DNA of 64,000 nucleotides from Rebecca billardiae RCC1528 (taxonomy: Eukaryota > Protista > Haptophyta). Numbering within the stretch: position 1 is the stretch's first letter; each line of letters opens with the position of its first letter. The stretch spans positions 4,216,001 to 4,280,000 of the forward strand of contig OZ251222.1 in the NCBI GenBank assembly GCA_965240325.2, given 5' to 3'. Shown here piece after piece: positions 1 through 11,900 of the stretch. Below the pieces are notes generated by a model. That model was not told the DNA's origin. It was given only the letters and a program-made list of their open reading frames with translations, and ran no database searches. The translations under genes were made by a program, and so were the position numbers.

Positions 1-3000
1 CGGCGGCGACGGTGGCGGCGACGGCGGCGGCGACGGTGGAGGCGCCGGCGGCGGGGAAGGCGGTGGAGACGGCGGCGGCGACGGTGGTGAGGGCGGCGGG
101 AACGGCTCCGTCCGAGGCGGCGGCGGTGGAAGTGGCGGCGGCGACGGCGGCGGCGACGGCGGCGGCGACGGTGGCGATGCCGGAGGCGGACTCGGAGGCG
201 GAGGGCTCGGAGGTGGCGATGGCGGAGGCACCGGTGGCAGCACCGGTGGCGGCGATGGCGGCGGGCTTGGTGGCGGGGATGGCTGCGCACCCGATGGCGG
301 CGGGCTCGGTGGCGGCGAGGGCGGCGGCGCAGGCGGCAGGCTCGGTGGTGGCGATGGCGGCGGTGATGGCGGTGGCTGTGGCAGTGGCGGCGGCGGGCTT
401 GGAGGTGGGCTCGGGGGCGGAGACGGCGGCGGTGATGGCGGAGGCGAGGGCGGTGGCGACGGCGGCGGGGACGGCGGCGGCGACGGCGGGGAGGGCGGCG
501 GGAACGGCTCCGTCCGAGGCGGCGGCGGCGGAAGCGGCGGCGGCGACGGCGGCGGAGACGGCGGCGGCGACGGTGGCGGTGCCGGAGGCGGACTCGGAGG
601 CGGAGGGCTCGGAGGTGGCGATGGCGGAGGCACCGGTGGCAGCACCGGTGGCGGCGATGGCGGCGGGCTTGGTGGCGGGGATGGCTGCGCACCCGATGGC
701 GGCGGGCTCGGTGGCGGCGAGGGCGGCGGCGCAGGCGGCAGGCTCGGTGGTGGCGATGGCGGCGGTGATGGCGGTGGCTGTGGCAGTGGCGGCGGCGGGC
801 TTGGAGGTGGGCTCGGGGGCGGAGACGGCGGCGGTGATGGCGGAGGCGAGGGCGGTGGCGACGGCGGCGGGGACGGCGGCGGCGACGGCGGGGAGGGCGG
901 CGGGAACGGCTCCGTCCGAGGCGGCGGCGGCGGAAGCGGCGGCGGAGACGGCGGCGGCGACGGCGGCGGCGACGGTGGCGGTGCCGGAGGCGGACTCGGA
1001 GGCGGAGGGCTCGGAGGTGGCGATGGCGGAGGCACCGGTGGCAGCACCGGTGGCGGCGATGGCGGCGGGCTTGGTGGCGGGGATGGCTGCACACCCGATG
1101 GCGGCGGGCTCGGTGGCGGCGAGGGCGGTGGCGCAGGCGGCAGGCTCGGTGGTGGCGATGGCGGTGGCTGTGGCAGCGGCGGCGGCGGGCTCGGTGGCGG
1201 GCTCGGTGGCGGTGAAGGCGGCGGCGATGGCGGCGGCGACGGTGGCGCCGACGGCGGCGGCGACGGTGGAGGCGCCGGCGGCGGGGAAGGCGGTGGAGAC
1301 GGCGGCGGCGACGGTGGTGAGGGCGGCGGGAACGGCTCGGTCCGAGGCGGCGGCGGTGGAAGTGGCGGCGGCGACGGCGGCGGCGACGGCGGCGGTGATG
1401 GTGGCGGTGCCGGAGGCGGACTCGGAGGCGGAGGGCTCGGAGGTGGCGATGGCGGAGGCACTGGTGGCAGCGCCGGTGGAGGCGATGGCGGCGGGCTTGG
1501 TGGCGGGGATGGCTGCGCACCCGATGGCGGCGGGCTCGGTGGCGGCGAGGGCGGCGGCGCAGGCGGCAGGCTCGGTGGTGGCGATGGCGGCGGTGATGGC
1601 GGTGGCTGTGGCAGTGGCGGCGGCGGGCTTGGAGGTGGGCTCGGGGGCGGAGACGGCGGCGGTGATGGCGGAGGCGAGGGCGGTGGCGACGGCGGCGGCG
1701 ACGGCGGCGGCGACGGCGGGGAGGGCGGCGGGAACGGCTCCGTCCGAGGCGGCGGCGGCGGAAGCGGCGGCGGCGACGGCGGCGGCGACGGCGGCGGCGA
1801 CGGTGGCGGTGCCGGAGGCGGACTCGGAGGCGGAGGGCTCGGAGGTGGCGATGGCGGAGGCACCGGTGGCAGCACCGGTGGCGGCGATGGCGGCGGGCTT
1901 GGTGGCGGGGATGGCTGCGCACCCGATGGCGGCGGGCTCGGTGGCGGCGAGGGCGGTGGCGCAGGCGGCAGGCTCGGTGGTGGCGATGGCGGTGGCTGTG
2001 GCAGCGGCGGCGGCGGGCTCGGTGGCGGGCTCGGTGGCGGTGAAGGCGGCGGCGATGGAGGCGGCGACGGTGGCGCCGACGGCGGCGGCGACGGTGGAGG
2101 CGCCGGCGGCGGGGAAGGCGGTGGAGACGGCGGCGGCGACGGTGGTGAGGGCGGCGGGAACGGCTCGGTCCGAGGCGGCGGCGGTGGAAGTGGCGGCGGC
2201 GACGGCGGCGGCGACGGCGGCGGTGATGGTGGCGGTGCCGGAGGCGGACTCGGAGGCGGAGGGCTCGGAGGTGGCGATGGCGGAGGCACTGGTGGCAGCA
2301 CCGGTGGCGGCGATGGCGGCGGGCTTGGTGGCGGGGATGGCTGCGCACCCGATGGCGGCGGGCTCGGTGGCGGCGAGGGCGGCGGCGCAGGCGGCAGGCT
2401 CGGTGGTGGCGATGGCGGCGGTGATGGCGGTGGCTGTGGCAGTGGCGGCGGCGGGCTTGGAGGTGGGCTCGGGGGCGGCGACGGCGGCGGTGATGGCGGA
2501 GGCGAGGGCGGTGGCGACGGCGGCGGCGACGGCGGCGGCGACGGCGGGGAGGGCGGCGGGAACGGCTCCGTCCGAGGCGGCGGCGGCGGAAGCGGCGGCG
2601 GAGACGGCGGCGGCGACGGCGGCGGCGACGGTGGCGGTGCCGGAGGCGGACTCGGAGGCGGAGGGCTCGGAGGTGGCGATGGCGGAGGCACCGGTGGCAG
2701 CACCGGTGGCGGCGATGGCGGCGGGCTTGGTGGCGGGGATGGCTGCGCACCCGATGGCGGCGGGCTCGGTGGCGGCGAGGGCGGCGGCGCAGGCGGCAGG
2801 CTCGGTGGTGGCGATGGTGGTGGTGATGGTGGTGGGCTCGGTGGCGGGCTCGGTGGCGGTGAAGGCGGCGGCGATGGCGGCGGTGATGGTGGCGGTGCCG
2901 GAGGCGGACTCGGAGGCGGAGGGCTCGGAGGTGGCGATGGCGGAGGCACTGGTGGCAGCACCGGTGGCGGCGATGGCGGCGGGCTTGGTGGCGGGGATGG

Positions 3001-6000
3001 CTGCGCACCCGATGGCGGCGGGCTCGGTGGCGGCGAGGGCGGCGGCGCAGGCGGCAGGCTCGGTGGTGGCGATGGCGGCGGTGATGGCGGTGGCTGTGGC
3101 AGTGGCGGCGGCGGGCTTGGAGGTGGGCTCGGGGGCGGCGACGGCGGCGGTGATGGCGGAGGCGAGGGCGGTGGCGACGGCGGCGGCGACGGCGGCGGCG
3201 ACGGCGGGGAGGGCGGCGGGAACGGCTCCGTCCGAGGCGGCGGCGGCGGAAGCGGCGGCGGAGACGGCGGCGGCGACGGCGGCGGCGACGGTGGCGGTGC
3301 CGGAGGCGGACTCGGAGGCGGAGGGCTCGGAGGTGGCGATGGCGGAGGCACCGGTGGCAGCACCGGTGGCGGCGATGGCGGCGGGCTTGGTGGCGGGGAT
3401 GGCTGCGCACCCGATGGCGGCGGGCTCGGTGGCGGCGAGGGCGGCGGCGCAGGCGGCAGGCTCGGTGGTGGCGATGGTGGTGGTGATGGTGGTGGGCTCG
3501 GTGGCGGGCTCGGTGGCGGTGAAGGCGGCGGCGATGGCGGCGGCGACGGTGGCGCCGACGGCGGCGGCGACGGTGGAGGCGCCGGTGGCGGGGAAGGCGG
3601 TGGGGACGGCGGCGGCGACGGTGGTGAGGGCGGCGGGAACGGCTCGGTCCGAGGCGGCGGCGGCGGAAGCGGCGGCGGAGACGGCGGCGGCGACGGCGGC
3701 GGCGACGGTGGCGGTGCCGGAGGCGGACTCGGAGGCGGAGGGCTCGGAGGTGGCGATGGCGGAGGCACCGGTGGCAGCACCGGTGGCGGCGATGGCGGCG
3801 GGCTTGGTGGCGGGGATGGCTGCGCACCCGATGGCGGCGGGCTCGGTGGCGGCGATGGCGGCGGCGCAGGCGGCAGGCTCGGTGGTGGCGATGGCGGCGG
3901 TGATGGCGGTGGCTGTGGCAGTGGCGGCGGCGGGCTTGGAGGTGGGCTCGGGGGCGGAGACGGCGGCGGTGATGGCGGAGGCGAGGGCGGTGGCGACGGC
4001 GGCGGCGACGGCGGCGGCGACGGTGGTGAGGGCGGCGGGAACGGCTCCGTCCGAGGCGGCGGCGGTGGAAGCGGCGGCGGCGATGGCGGCGGCGACGGCG
4101 GCGGCGACGGTGGCGGTGCCGGAGGCGGACTCGGAGGCGGAGGGCTCGGAGGTGGCGATGGCGGCGGCACCGGCGGCAGCGCCGGTGGCGGCGATGGCGG
4201 CGGGCTTGGTGGCGGGGATGGCTGCACACCCGATGGCGGCGGGCTCGGTGGCGGCGAGGGCGGTGGCGCAGGCGGCAGGCTCTGTGGTGGCGATGGCGGT
4301 GGCTGTGGCAGCGGCGGCGGCGGGCTCGGTGGCGGGCTCGGTGGCGGTGAAGGCGGCGGCGATGGCGGCGGCGACGGTGGCGCCGACGGCGGCGGCGACG
4401 GTGGAGGCGCCGGCGGCGGGGAAGGCGGCGGGGACGGCGGCGGGGACGGCGGGGAGGGCGGCGGGAACGGCTCCGTCCGAGGCGGCGGCGGTGGAAGCGG
4501 CGGCGGCGATGGCGGCGGCGACGGCGGCGGCGACGGTGGCGGTGCCGGAGGCGGACTCGGAGGAGGAGGGCTCGGCGGCGGCGATGGCGGCGGGCTTGGT
4601 GGCGTCGTCGGCGGCGGTGAAGGCGGCGGGCTTGGCGAAGCAGCCACTGGCGGCGGGCTCGGTGGCGGCGAGGGCGGTGGCGCAGGCGGCAGGCTCGGTG
4701 GTGGCGATGGCGGCGGTGATGGCGGTGGCTGTGGCAGTGGCGGCGGCGGGCTCGGTGGCGGGCTCGGTGGCGGTGAAGGCGGCGGCGATGGCGGCGGCGA
4801 CGGTGGCGCCGACGGCGGCGGAGACGGTGGAGGCGCCGGTGGCGGGGAAGGCGGCGGGGACGGCGGCGGCGACGGCGGTGAGGGCGGCGGGAACGGCTCC
4901 GTCCGAGGCGGCGGCGGTGGAAGCGGCGGCGGCGATGGCGGCGGCGACGGCGGCGGCGACGGTGGCGGTGCCGGAGGCGGACTCGGAGGCGGAGGGCTCG
5001 GAGGTGGCGATGGCGGCGGCACCGGCGGCAGCGCCGGTGGCGGCGATGGCGGCGGGCTTGGTGGCGGGGATGGCTGCACACCCGATGGCGGCGGGCTCGG
5101 TGGCGGCGAGGGCGGTGGCGCAGGCGGCAGGCTCTGTGGTGGCGATGGCGGTGGCTGTGGCAGCGGCGGCGGCGGGCTCGGTGGCGGGCTCGGTGGCGGT
5201 GAAGGCGGCGGCGATGGCGGCGGCGACGGTGGCGCCGACGGCGGCGGCGACGGTGGAGGCGCCGGTGGCGGGGAAGGCGGTGGAGACGGCGGCGGCGACG
5301 GTGGTGAGGGCGGCGGGAACGGCTCCGTCCGAGGCGGCGGCGGCGGAAGCGGCGGCGGCGATGGCGGCGGCGACGGCGGCGGCGACGGTGGCGGTGCCGG
5401 AGGCGGACTCGGAGGCGGAGGGCTCGGAGGTGGCGATGGCGGAGGCACCGGTGGAAGCACCGGTGGCGGCGATGGCGGCGGGCTTGGTGGCGGGGATGGC
5501 TGCGCACCCGATGGCGGCGGGCTTGGCGGCGGCGAGGGCGGCGGCGCAGGCGGCAGGCTCGGTGGTGGCGATGGCGGCGGTGATGGCGGTGGCTGTGGCA
5601 GCGGCGGCGGCGGGCTCGGTGGCGGGCTCGGTGGCGGTGAGGGCGGCGGCGATGGCGGCGGCAACGGTGGCGCCGACGGCGGCGGCGACGGTGGAGGCGC
5701 CGGTGGCGGGGAAGGCGGCGGGGAGGGCGGCGGGGACGGCGGGGAGGGCGGCGGGAACGGCTCCGTCCGAGGCGGCGGCGGTGGAAGCGGCGGCGGCGAT
5801 GGCGGCGGCGACGGCGGCGGCGACGGTGGCGGTGCCGGAGGCGGACTCGGAGGCGGAGGGCTCGGAGGTGGCGATGGCGGAGGCACCGGTGGCAGCACCG
5901 GTGGCGGCGATGGCGGCGGGCTTGGTGGCGGGGATGGCTGCGCACCCGATGGCGGCGGGCTTGGCGGCGGCGAGGGCGGCGGCGCAGGCGGCAGGCTCGG

Positions 6001-8900
6001 TGGTGGCGATGGCGGCGGTGATGGCGGTGGCTGTGGCAGCGGCGGCGGCGGGCTCGGTGGCGGGCTCGGTGGCGGTGAGGGCGGCGGCGATGGCGGCGGC
6101 AACGGTGGCGCCGACGGCGGCGGCGATGGTGGAGGCGCCGGTGGCGGGGAAGGCGGCGGGGACGGCGGCGGGGACGGCGGGGAGGGCGGCGGGAACGGCT
6201 CCGTCCGAGGCGGCGGCGGTGGAAGCGGCGGCGGCGATGGCGGCGGCGACGGCGGCGGCGACGGTGGCGGTGCCGGAGGCGGACTCGGAGGAGGAGGGCT
6301 CGGCGGCGGCGATGGCGGCGGGCTTGGTGGCGTCGTCGGCGGCGGTGAAGGCGGCGGGCTTGGCGAAGCAGCCACTGGCGGCGGGCTCGGTGGCGGCGAG
6401 GGCGGTGGCGCAGGCGGCAGGCTCGGTGGTGGCGATGGCGGCGGTGATGGCGGTGGCTGTGGCAGTGGCGGCGGCGGGCTCGGTGGCGGGCTCGGTGGCG
6501 GTGAAGGCGGCGGCGATGGCGGCGGCGACGGTGGCGCCGACGGCGGCGGAGACGGTGGAGGCGCCGGTGGCGGGGAAGGCGGCGGGGACGGCGGCGGCGA
6601 CGGCGGTGAGGGCGGCGGGAACGGCTCCGTCCGAGGCGGCGGCGGTGGAAGCGGCGGCGGCGATGGCGGCGGCGACGGCGGCGGCGACGGTGGCGGTGCC
6701 GGAGGCGGACTCGGAGGCGGAGGGCTCGGAGGTGGCGATGGCGGCGGCACCGGCGGCAGCGCCGGTGGCGGCGATGGCGGCGGGCTTGGTGGCGGGGATG
6801 GCTGCACACCCGATGGCGGCGGGCTCGGTGGCGGCGAGGGCGGTGGCGCAGGCGGCAGGCTCTGTGGTGGCGATGGCGGTGGCTGTGGCAGCGGCGGCGG
6901 CGGGCTCGGTGGCGGGCTCGGTGGCGGTGAAGGCGGCGGCGATGGCGGCGGCGACGGTGGCGCCGACGGCGGCGGAGACGGTGGAGGCGCCGGTGGCGGG
7001 GAAGGCGGCGGGGACGGCGGCGGCGACGGCGGTGAGGGCGGCGGGAACGGCTCCGTCCGAGGCGGCGGCGGTGGAAGCGGCGGCGGCGATGGCGGCGGCG
7101 ACGGCGGCGGCGACGGTGGCGGTGCCGGAGGCGGACTCGGAGGCGGAGGGCTCGGAGGTGGCGATGGCGGCGGCACCGGCGGCAGCGCCGGTGGCGGCGA
7201 TGGCGGCGGGCTTGGTGGCGGGGATGGCTGCACACCCGATGGCGGCGGGCTCGGTGGCGGCGAGGGCGGTGGCGCAGGCGGCAGGCTCTGTGGTGGCGAT
7301 GGCGGTGGCTGTGGCAGCGGCGGCGGCGGGCTCGGTGGCGGGCTCGGTGGCGGTGAAGGCGGCGGCGATGGCGGCGGCGACGGTGGCGCCGACGGCGGCG
7401 GAGACGGTGGAGGCGCCGGCGGCGGGGAAGGCGGCGGGGACGGAGGCGGGGACGGCGGGGAGGGCGGCGGGAACGGCTCCGTCCGAGGCGGCGGCGGTGG
7501 AAGCGGCGGCGGCGATGGCGGCGGCGACGGCGGCGGCGACGGTGGCGGTGCCGGAGGCGGACTCGGAGGAGGAGGGCTCGGCGGCGGCGATGGCGGCGGG
7601 CTTGGTGGCGTCGTCGGCGGCGGTGAAGGCGGCGGGCTTGGCGAAGCAGCCACTGGCGGCGGGCTCGGTGGCGGCGAGGGCGGTGGCGCAGGCGGCAGGC
7701 TCGGTGGTGGCGATGGCGGCGGTGATGGCGGTGGCTGTGGCAGTGGCGGCGGCGGGCTCGGTGGCGGGCTCGGTGGCGGTGAAGGCGGCGGCGATGGCGG
7801 CGGCGACGGTGGCGCCGACGGCGGCGGAGACGGTGGAGGCGCCGGTGGCGGGGAAGGCGGCGGGGACGGCGGCGGCGACGGCGGTGAGGGCGGCGGGAAC
7901 GGCTCCGTCCGAGGCGGCGGCGGCGGAAGCGGCGGCGGAGACGGCGGCGGCGACGGCGGCGGCGACGGTGGCGGTGCCGGAGGCGGACTCGGAGGCGGAG
8001 GGCTCGGAGGTGGCGATGGCGGAGGCACCGGTGGCAGCGCCGGTGGCGGCGATGGCGGCGGGCTTGGTGGCGGGGATGGCTGCGCACCCGATGGAGGCGG
8101 GCTCGGTGGCGGCGAGGGCGGCGGCGCAGGCGGCAGGCTCGGTGGTGGCGATGGCGGCGGTGATGGCGGTGGCTGTGGCAGTGGCGGCGGCGGGCTCGGT
8201 GGCGGGCTCGGTGGCGGTGAAGGCGGCGGCGATGGCGGCGGCGACGGTGGCGCCGACGGCGGCGGTGAAGGTGGTGGCGCCGGTGGCGGGGAAGGCGGCG
8301 GCGACGGCGGCGGCGACGGCGGTGAGGGCGGCGGGAACGGCTCCGTCCGAGGCGGCGGCGGCGGAAGCGGCGGCAGTGACGGCGGCGGAGACGGCGGCGG
8401 CGACGGTGGCGGTGCCGGAGGCGGACTCGGAGGCGGAGGGCTCGGCGGCGGCGATGGCGGCGGGCTTGGTGGCGTCGTCGGCGGCGGTGAAGGCGGCGGG
8501 CTTGGTGCAGCAGCCACTGGCGGCGGGCTTGGTGGCGGCGAGGGCGGCGGCGCAGGCGGCAGGCTCGGTGGCGGCGATGGCGACGGTGATGGCGGTGGCT
8601 GTGGCAGTGGCGGCGGCGGGCTTGGAGGTGGGCTCGGTGGCGGTGAAGGCGGCGGTGATGGCGGCGGTGACGGTGGCGCCGACGGCGGCGGAGACGGTGG
8701 AGGCGCCGGTGGCGGGGAAGGCGGCGGGGACGGCGGCGGCGACGGCGGTGAGGGCGGCGGGAACGGCTCCGTCCGAGGCGGCGGCGGCGGAAGCGGCGGC
8801 GGCGACGGCGGCGGCGACGGCGGCGGCGACGGTGGCGGTGAGGGCGGTAGAGCTGGGGGCGGAGGGCTTGGCGGTGGTGACGGTGGCGGCACCGGTGGCA
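1..8900. repeat. Coding tandem array, ~21 units mostly of 402/426/438 bp (RTEPF unit)
   Basis: Anchor gaacggctc[c/g]gtccgag at 100, 502, 904, 1330, 1732, 2158, 2560, 3220, 3637, 4039, 4465, 4891, 5317, 5755, 6193, 6619, 7045, 7471, 7897, 8335, 8761. Confidence 0.9.
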
Positions 8901-11900
8901 GTGCTGGTGGTGGCGATGGCGGTGGACGTGGGCTGTTAGGAGGCGGAGATGGCGGCGGGCTTGGCGGCGCTGAGGGCGGCGGCGATGGCGGCGGTGACGG
9001 CGGTGGTGACGGCGCCTCTTGCGCGAGTGGCGGTGGCGGGCTGGGCGGCGGAGCAGGCGGAGGGCTTGGCGGTGGCAGCGGCGGCAACACTGGCGGCGGG
9101 CTGGGCGGTGGCGCCGGTGGCGGACTCGGCGGCGGTGCCGGCGGCAGCGATGGAGGTGGGCTCGGCGGCGGGCTCGGTGGCGGCCCCGGCGGCGGTGGAC
9201 TTGGCGGCGGAGATGGCGGTGGCGACGGTGGCGGGCTCGGTGGCGGCGACGGTGGCGGCGATGGCGGCGGTGTCGGTGGCGGTGACGGCGGTGGCAACGG
9301 CGGTGAGGGCGGCGGGAATGGCTCAGCACGCGGTGGTGGTGGCGGCCTTGGCGGTGGCGAGGGTGGCGGGCTGGGCGGAGGCGAGGGCGGCGGAGACGGA
9401 GGCGGCGAGGGCGGGGGCGGCGAGGGCGGTGGGCTCGGTGGCGGTGCTGGCGGCAGCGAGGGCGGCGGGCTTGGCGGCGGTGATGGCGGTGGGCTCGGTG
9501 GTGGCGGGCTTGGCGGCGGTGACGGCGGCGGGCTCGGCGGCGGGCTCGGCTCCGACGGCGGCGGCGATGGCGGTGGGCTCGGAGGTGGCGCCGGCGGGAG
9601 GACGGGCGGTGGCGATGGCGGTGGCGAGGGCGGCGGGGTTGGGAGTGGCGGCGGCGGGCTGGGCGGTGGTGATGGTGGCGGCGATGGCGGAGAGACAGGT
9701 GGCGGGCTTGGAGGGGGCGTCGGCGGAGACGCTGGTGGCGGTGATGGTGGCGGCGCGGGTGGTGGCGAAGGTGGTGGCAGCGGCACCGGCGGTGGCGGGC
9801 TCGGCGGTGGCGATGGCGGTGGGCTTGGCGGCGGAGATGGCGGCGGAGACGGTGGCGGGCTCGGCGGCGGCGATGGAGGCGGGCTTGGTGGCGGGCTCGG
9901 GGGCGGTGACGGTGGCGGCGACGGCGGCGGAGGCGACGGCGGTGGGCTCGGCGGCGGAATCGGCGGTGGAGACGGTGGCGGTGCCGGAGGTGGCGACGGT
10001 GGCGGCGAGGGCGGCGGCGAGGGCGGCGGTGCTGGCGGCGACGGTGGCGGGAACGGCTGCACGCGTGGCGGCGGCGGTGGCAGTGGCGGTGGCGATGGTG
10101 GCGGGCTGGGCGGAGGCGAGGGCGGCGGAGACGGAGGCGGCGAGGGCGGGGGCGGCGAGGGCGGTGGGCTCGGTGGCGGTGCTGGCGGCAGCGAGGGCGG
10201 CGGGCTTGGCGGCGGTGATGGCGGTGGGCTCGGTGGTGGCGGGCTTGGCGGCGGTGACGGCGGCGGGCTCGGCGGCGGGCTCGGCTCCGACGGCGGCGGC
10301 GATGGCGGTGGGCTCGGAGGTGGCGCTGGCGGCGGCGAGGGCGGCAGTGATGGCGGCGGAGACGGCGGCGGCGCCGGCAGCGGCGGTGGCGGGCTCGGAG
10401 GCGGCGAGGGCGGCGGAGACGGTGGCGCCACGGGCGGTGGGCTCGGCGGTGGCGCCGGAGGCGGGCTCGGAGGCAGGCTCGGCGGCGGCGAGGGTGGTGG
10501 CAATGGCGGAGGCGACGGCGGCGGAGACGGCAGCGGCGGCGGCGGGCTCGGAGGCGGCGACGGCGGTGGGCTCGGCGGCGGCGATGGCGGCGGGCTCGGC
10601 GGTGGTGCCGGCGGCACGGATGGCGGCGGCGACGGTGGCGGCGCGGGTGGTGGCGACGGTGGCGGGACAGGAACCGGCGGTGGCGGGCTCGGCGGTGGCG
10701 ATGGCGGTGGGCTCGGTGGCGGAGACGGCGGCGGAGACGGTGGTGGGGTTGGCGGCGGCGATGGCGGGGCACCCGGTGGCGGGCTCGGTGGCGGGCTCGG
10801 TGGCGGTGTCGGCGGCGGCGGCGACGGCGGCGGGCTCGGCGGTGGAGATGGTGGCGGCGACGGTGGCGGTGATGGTGGTGGCGACGGTGGTGGCGATGGC
10901 GGCGGCGAAGGCGGCGGTGCTGGCGGCGACGGCGGCGGGAACGGCTGCACGCGCGGCGGCGGCGGCGGCAGTGGCGGTGGCGATGGCGGCGGGCTGGGCG
11001 GCGGTGACGGCGGCGGGCTGGGTGGCGGCGATGGCGGCGGTGGTGACGGTGGCGGGCTCGGCGGCGGCGCTGGCGGCGGCGCGGGCGGCGGGCTCGGCGG
11101 CGGTGACGGCGGCGGGCTCGGCGGTGGCGGGCTTGGCGGCGGTGACGGCGGCGGGCTCGGCGGCGGGCTCGGATCGGACGGTGGCGGCGATGGCGGCGGG
11201 CTCGGCGGAGGTGCTGGCGGCGGCGAGGGAGGCGGTGACGGCGGTGGCGACGGCGGCGGCGCCGGCAGAGGCGGCGGCGGGCTGGGCGGCGGCGAGGGCG
11301 GCGGAGACGGTGGCACCACGGGCGGTGGGCTCGGCGGTGGCGCAGGTGGAGGGCTTGGCGGCAGACCCGGCGGCGGCGAGGGTGGTGGCAATGGCGGAGG
11401 CGACGGCGGCGGCGACGGCAGCGGCGGCGGCGGGCTCGGAGGCGGCGACGGCGGTGGGCTCGGCGGCGGTGATGGCGGCGGGCTCGGCGGTGGTGCCGGC
11501 GGCACGGATGGCGGCGGTGACGGTGGCGGCGCGGGTGGTGGCGACGGTGGCGGGACAGGAACCGGCGGTGGCGGGCTCGGCGGTGGCGATGGCGGTGGGC
11601 TCGGTGGCGGAGACGGCGGCGGAGACGGTGGTGGGGTTGGCGGCGGCGATGGCGGGGCACTCGGTGGCGGGCTCGGTGGCGGGCTCGGTGGCGGTGTCGG
11701 CGGCGGCGGCGACGGCGGCGGGCTCGGCGGTGGAGATGGTGGCGGCGACGGTGGCGGTGATGGTGGTGGCGACGGTGGTGGCGATGGCGGCGGCGAGGGC
11801 GGCGGTGCTGGCGGGGACGGCGGCGGGAACGGCTGCACGCGCGGCGGCGGCGGCGGCAGTGGCGGTGGCGATGGAGGCGGGCTGGGCGGTGGCGATGGCG

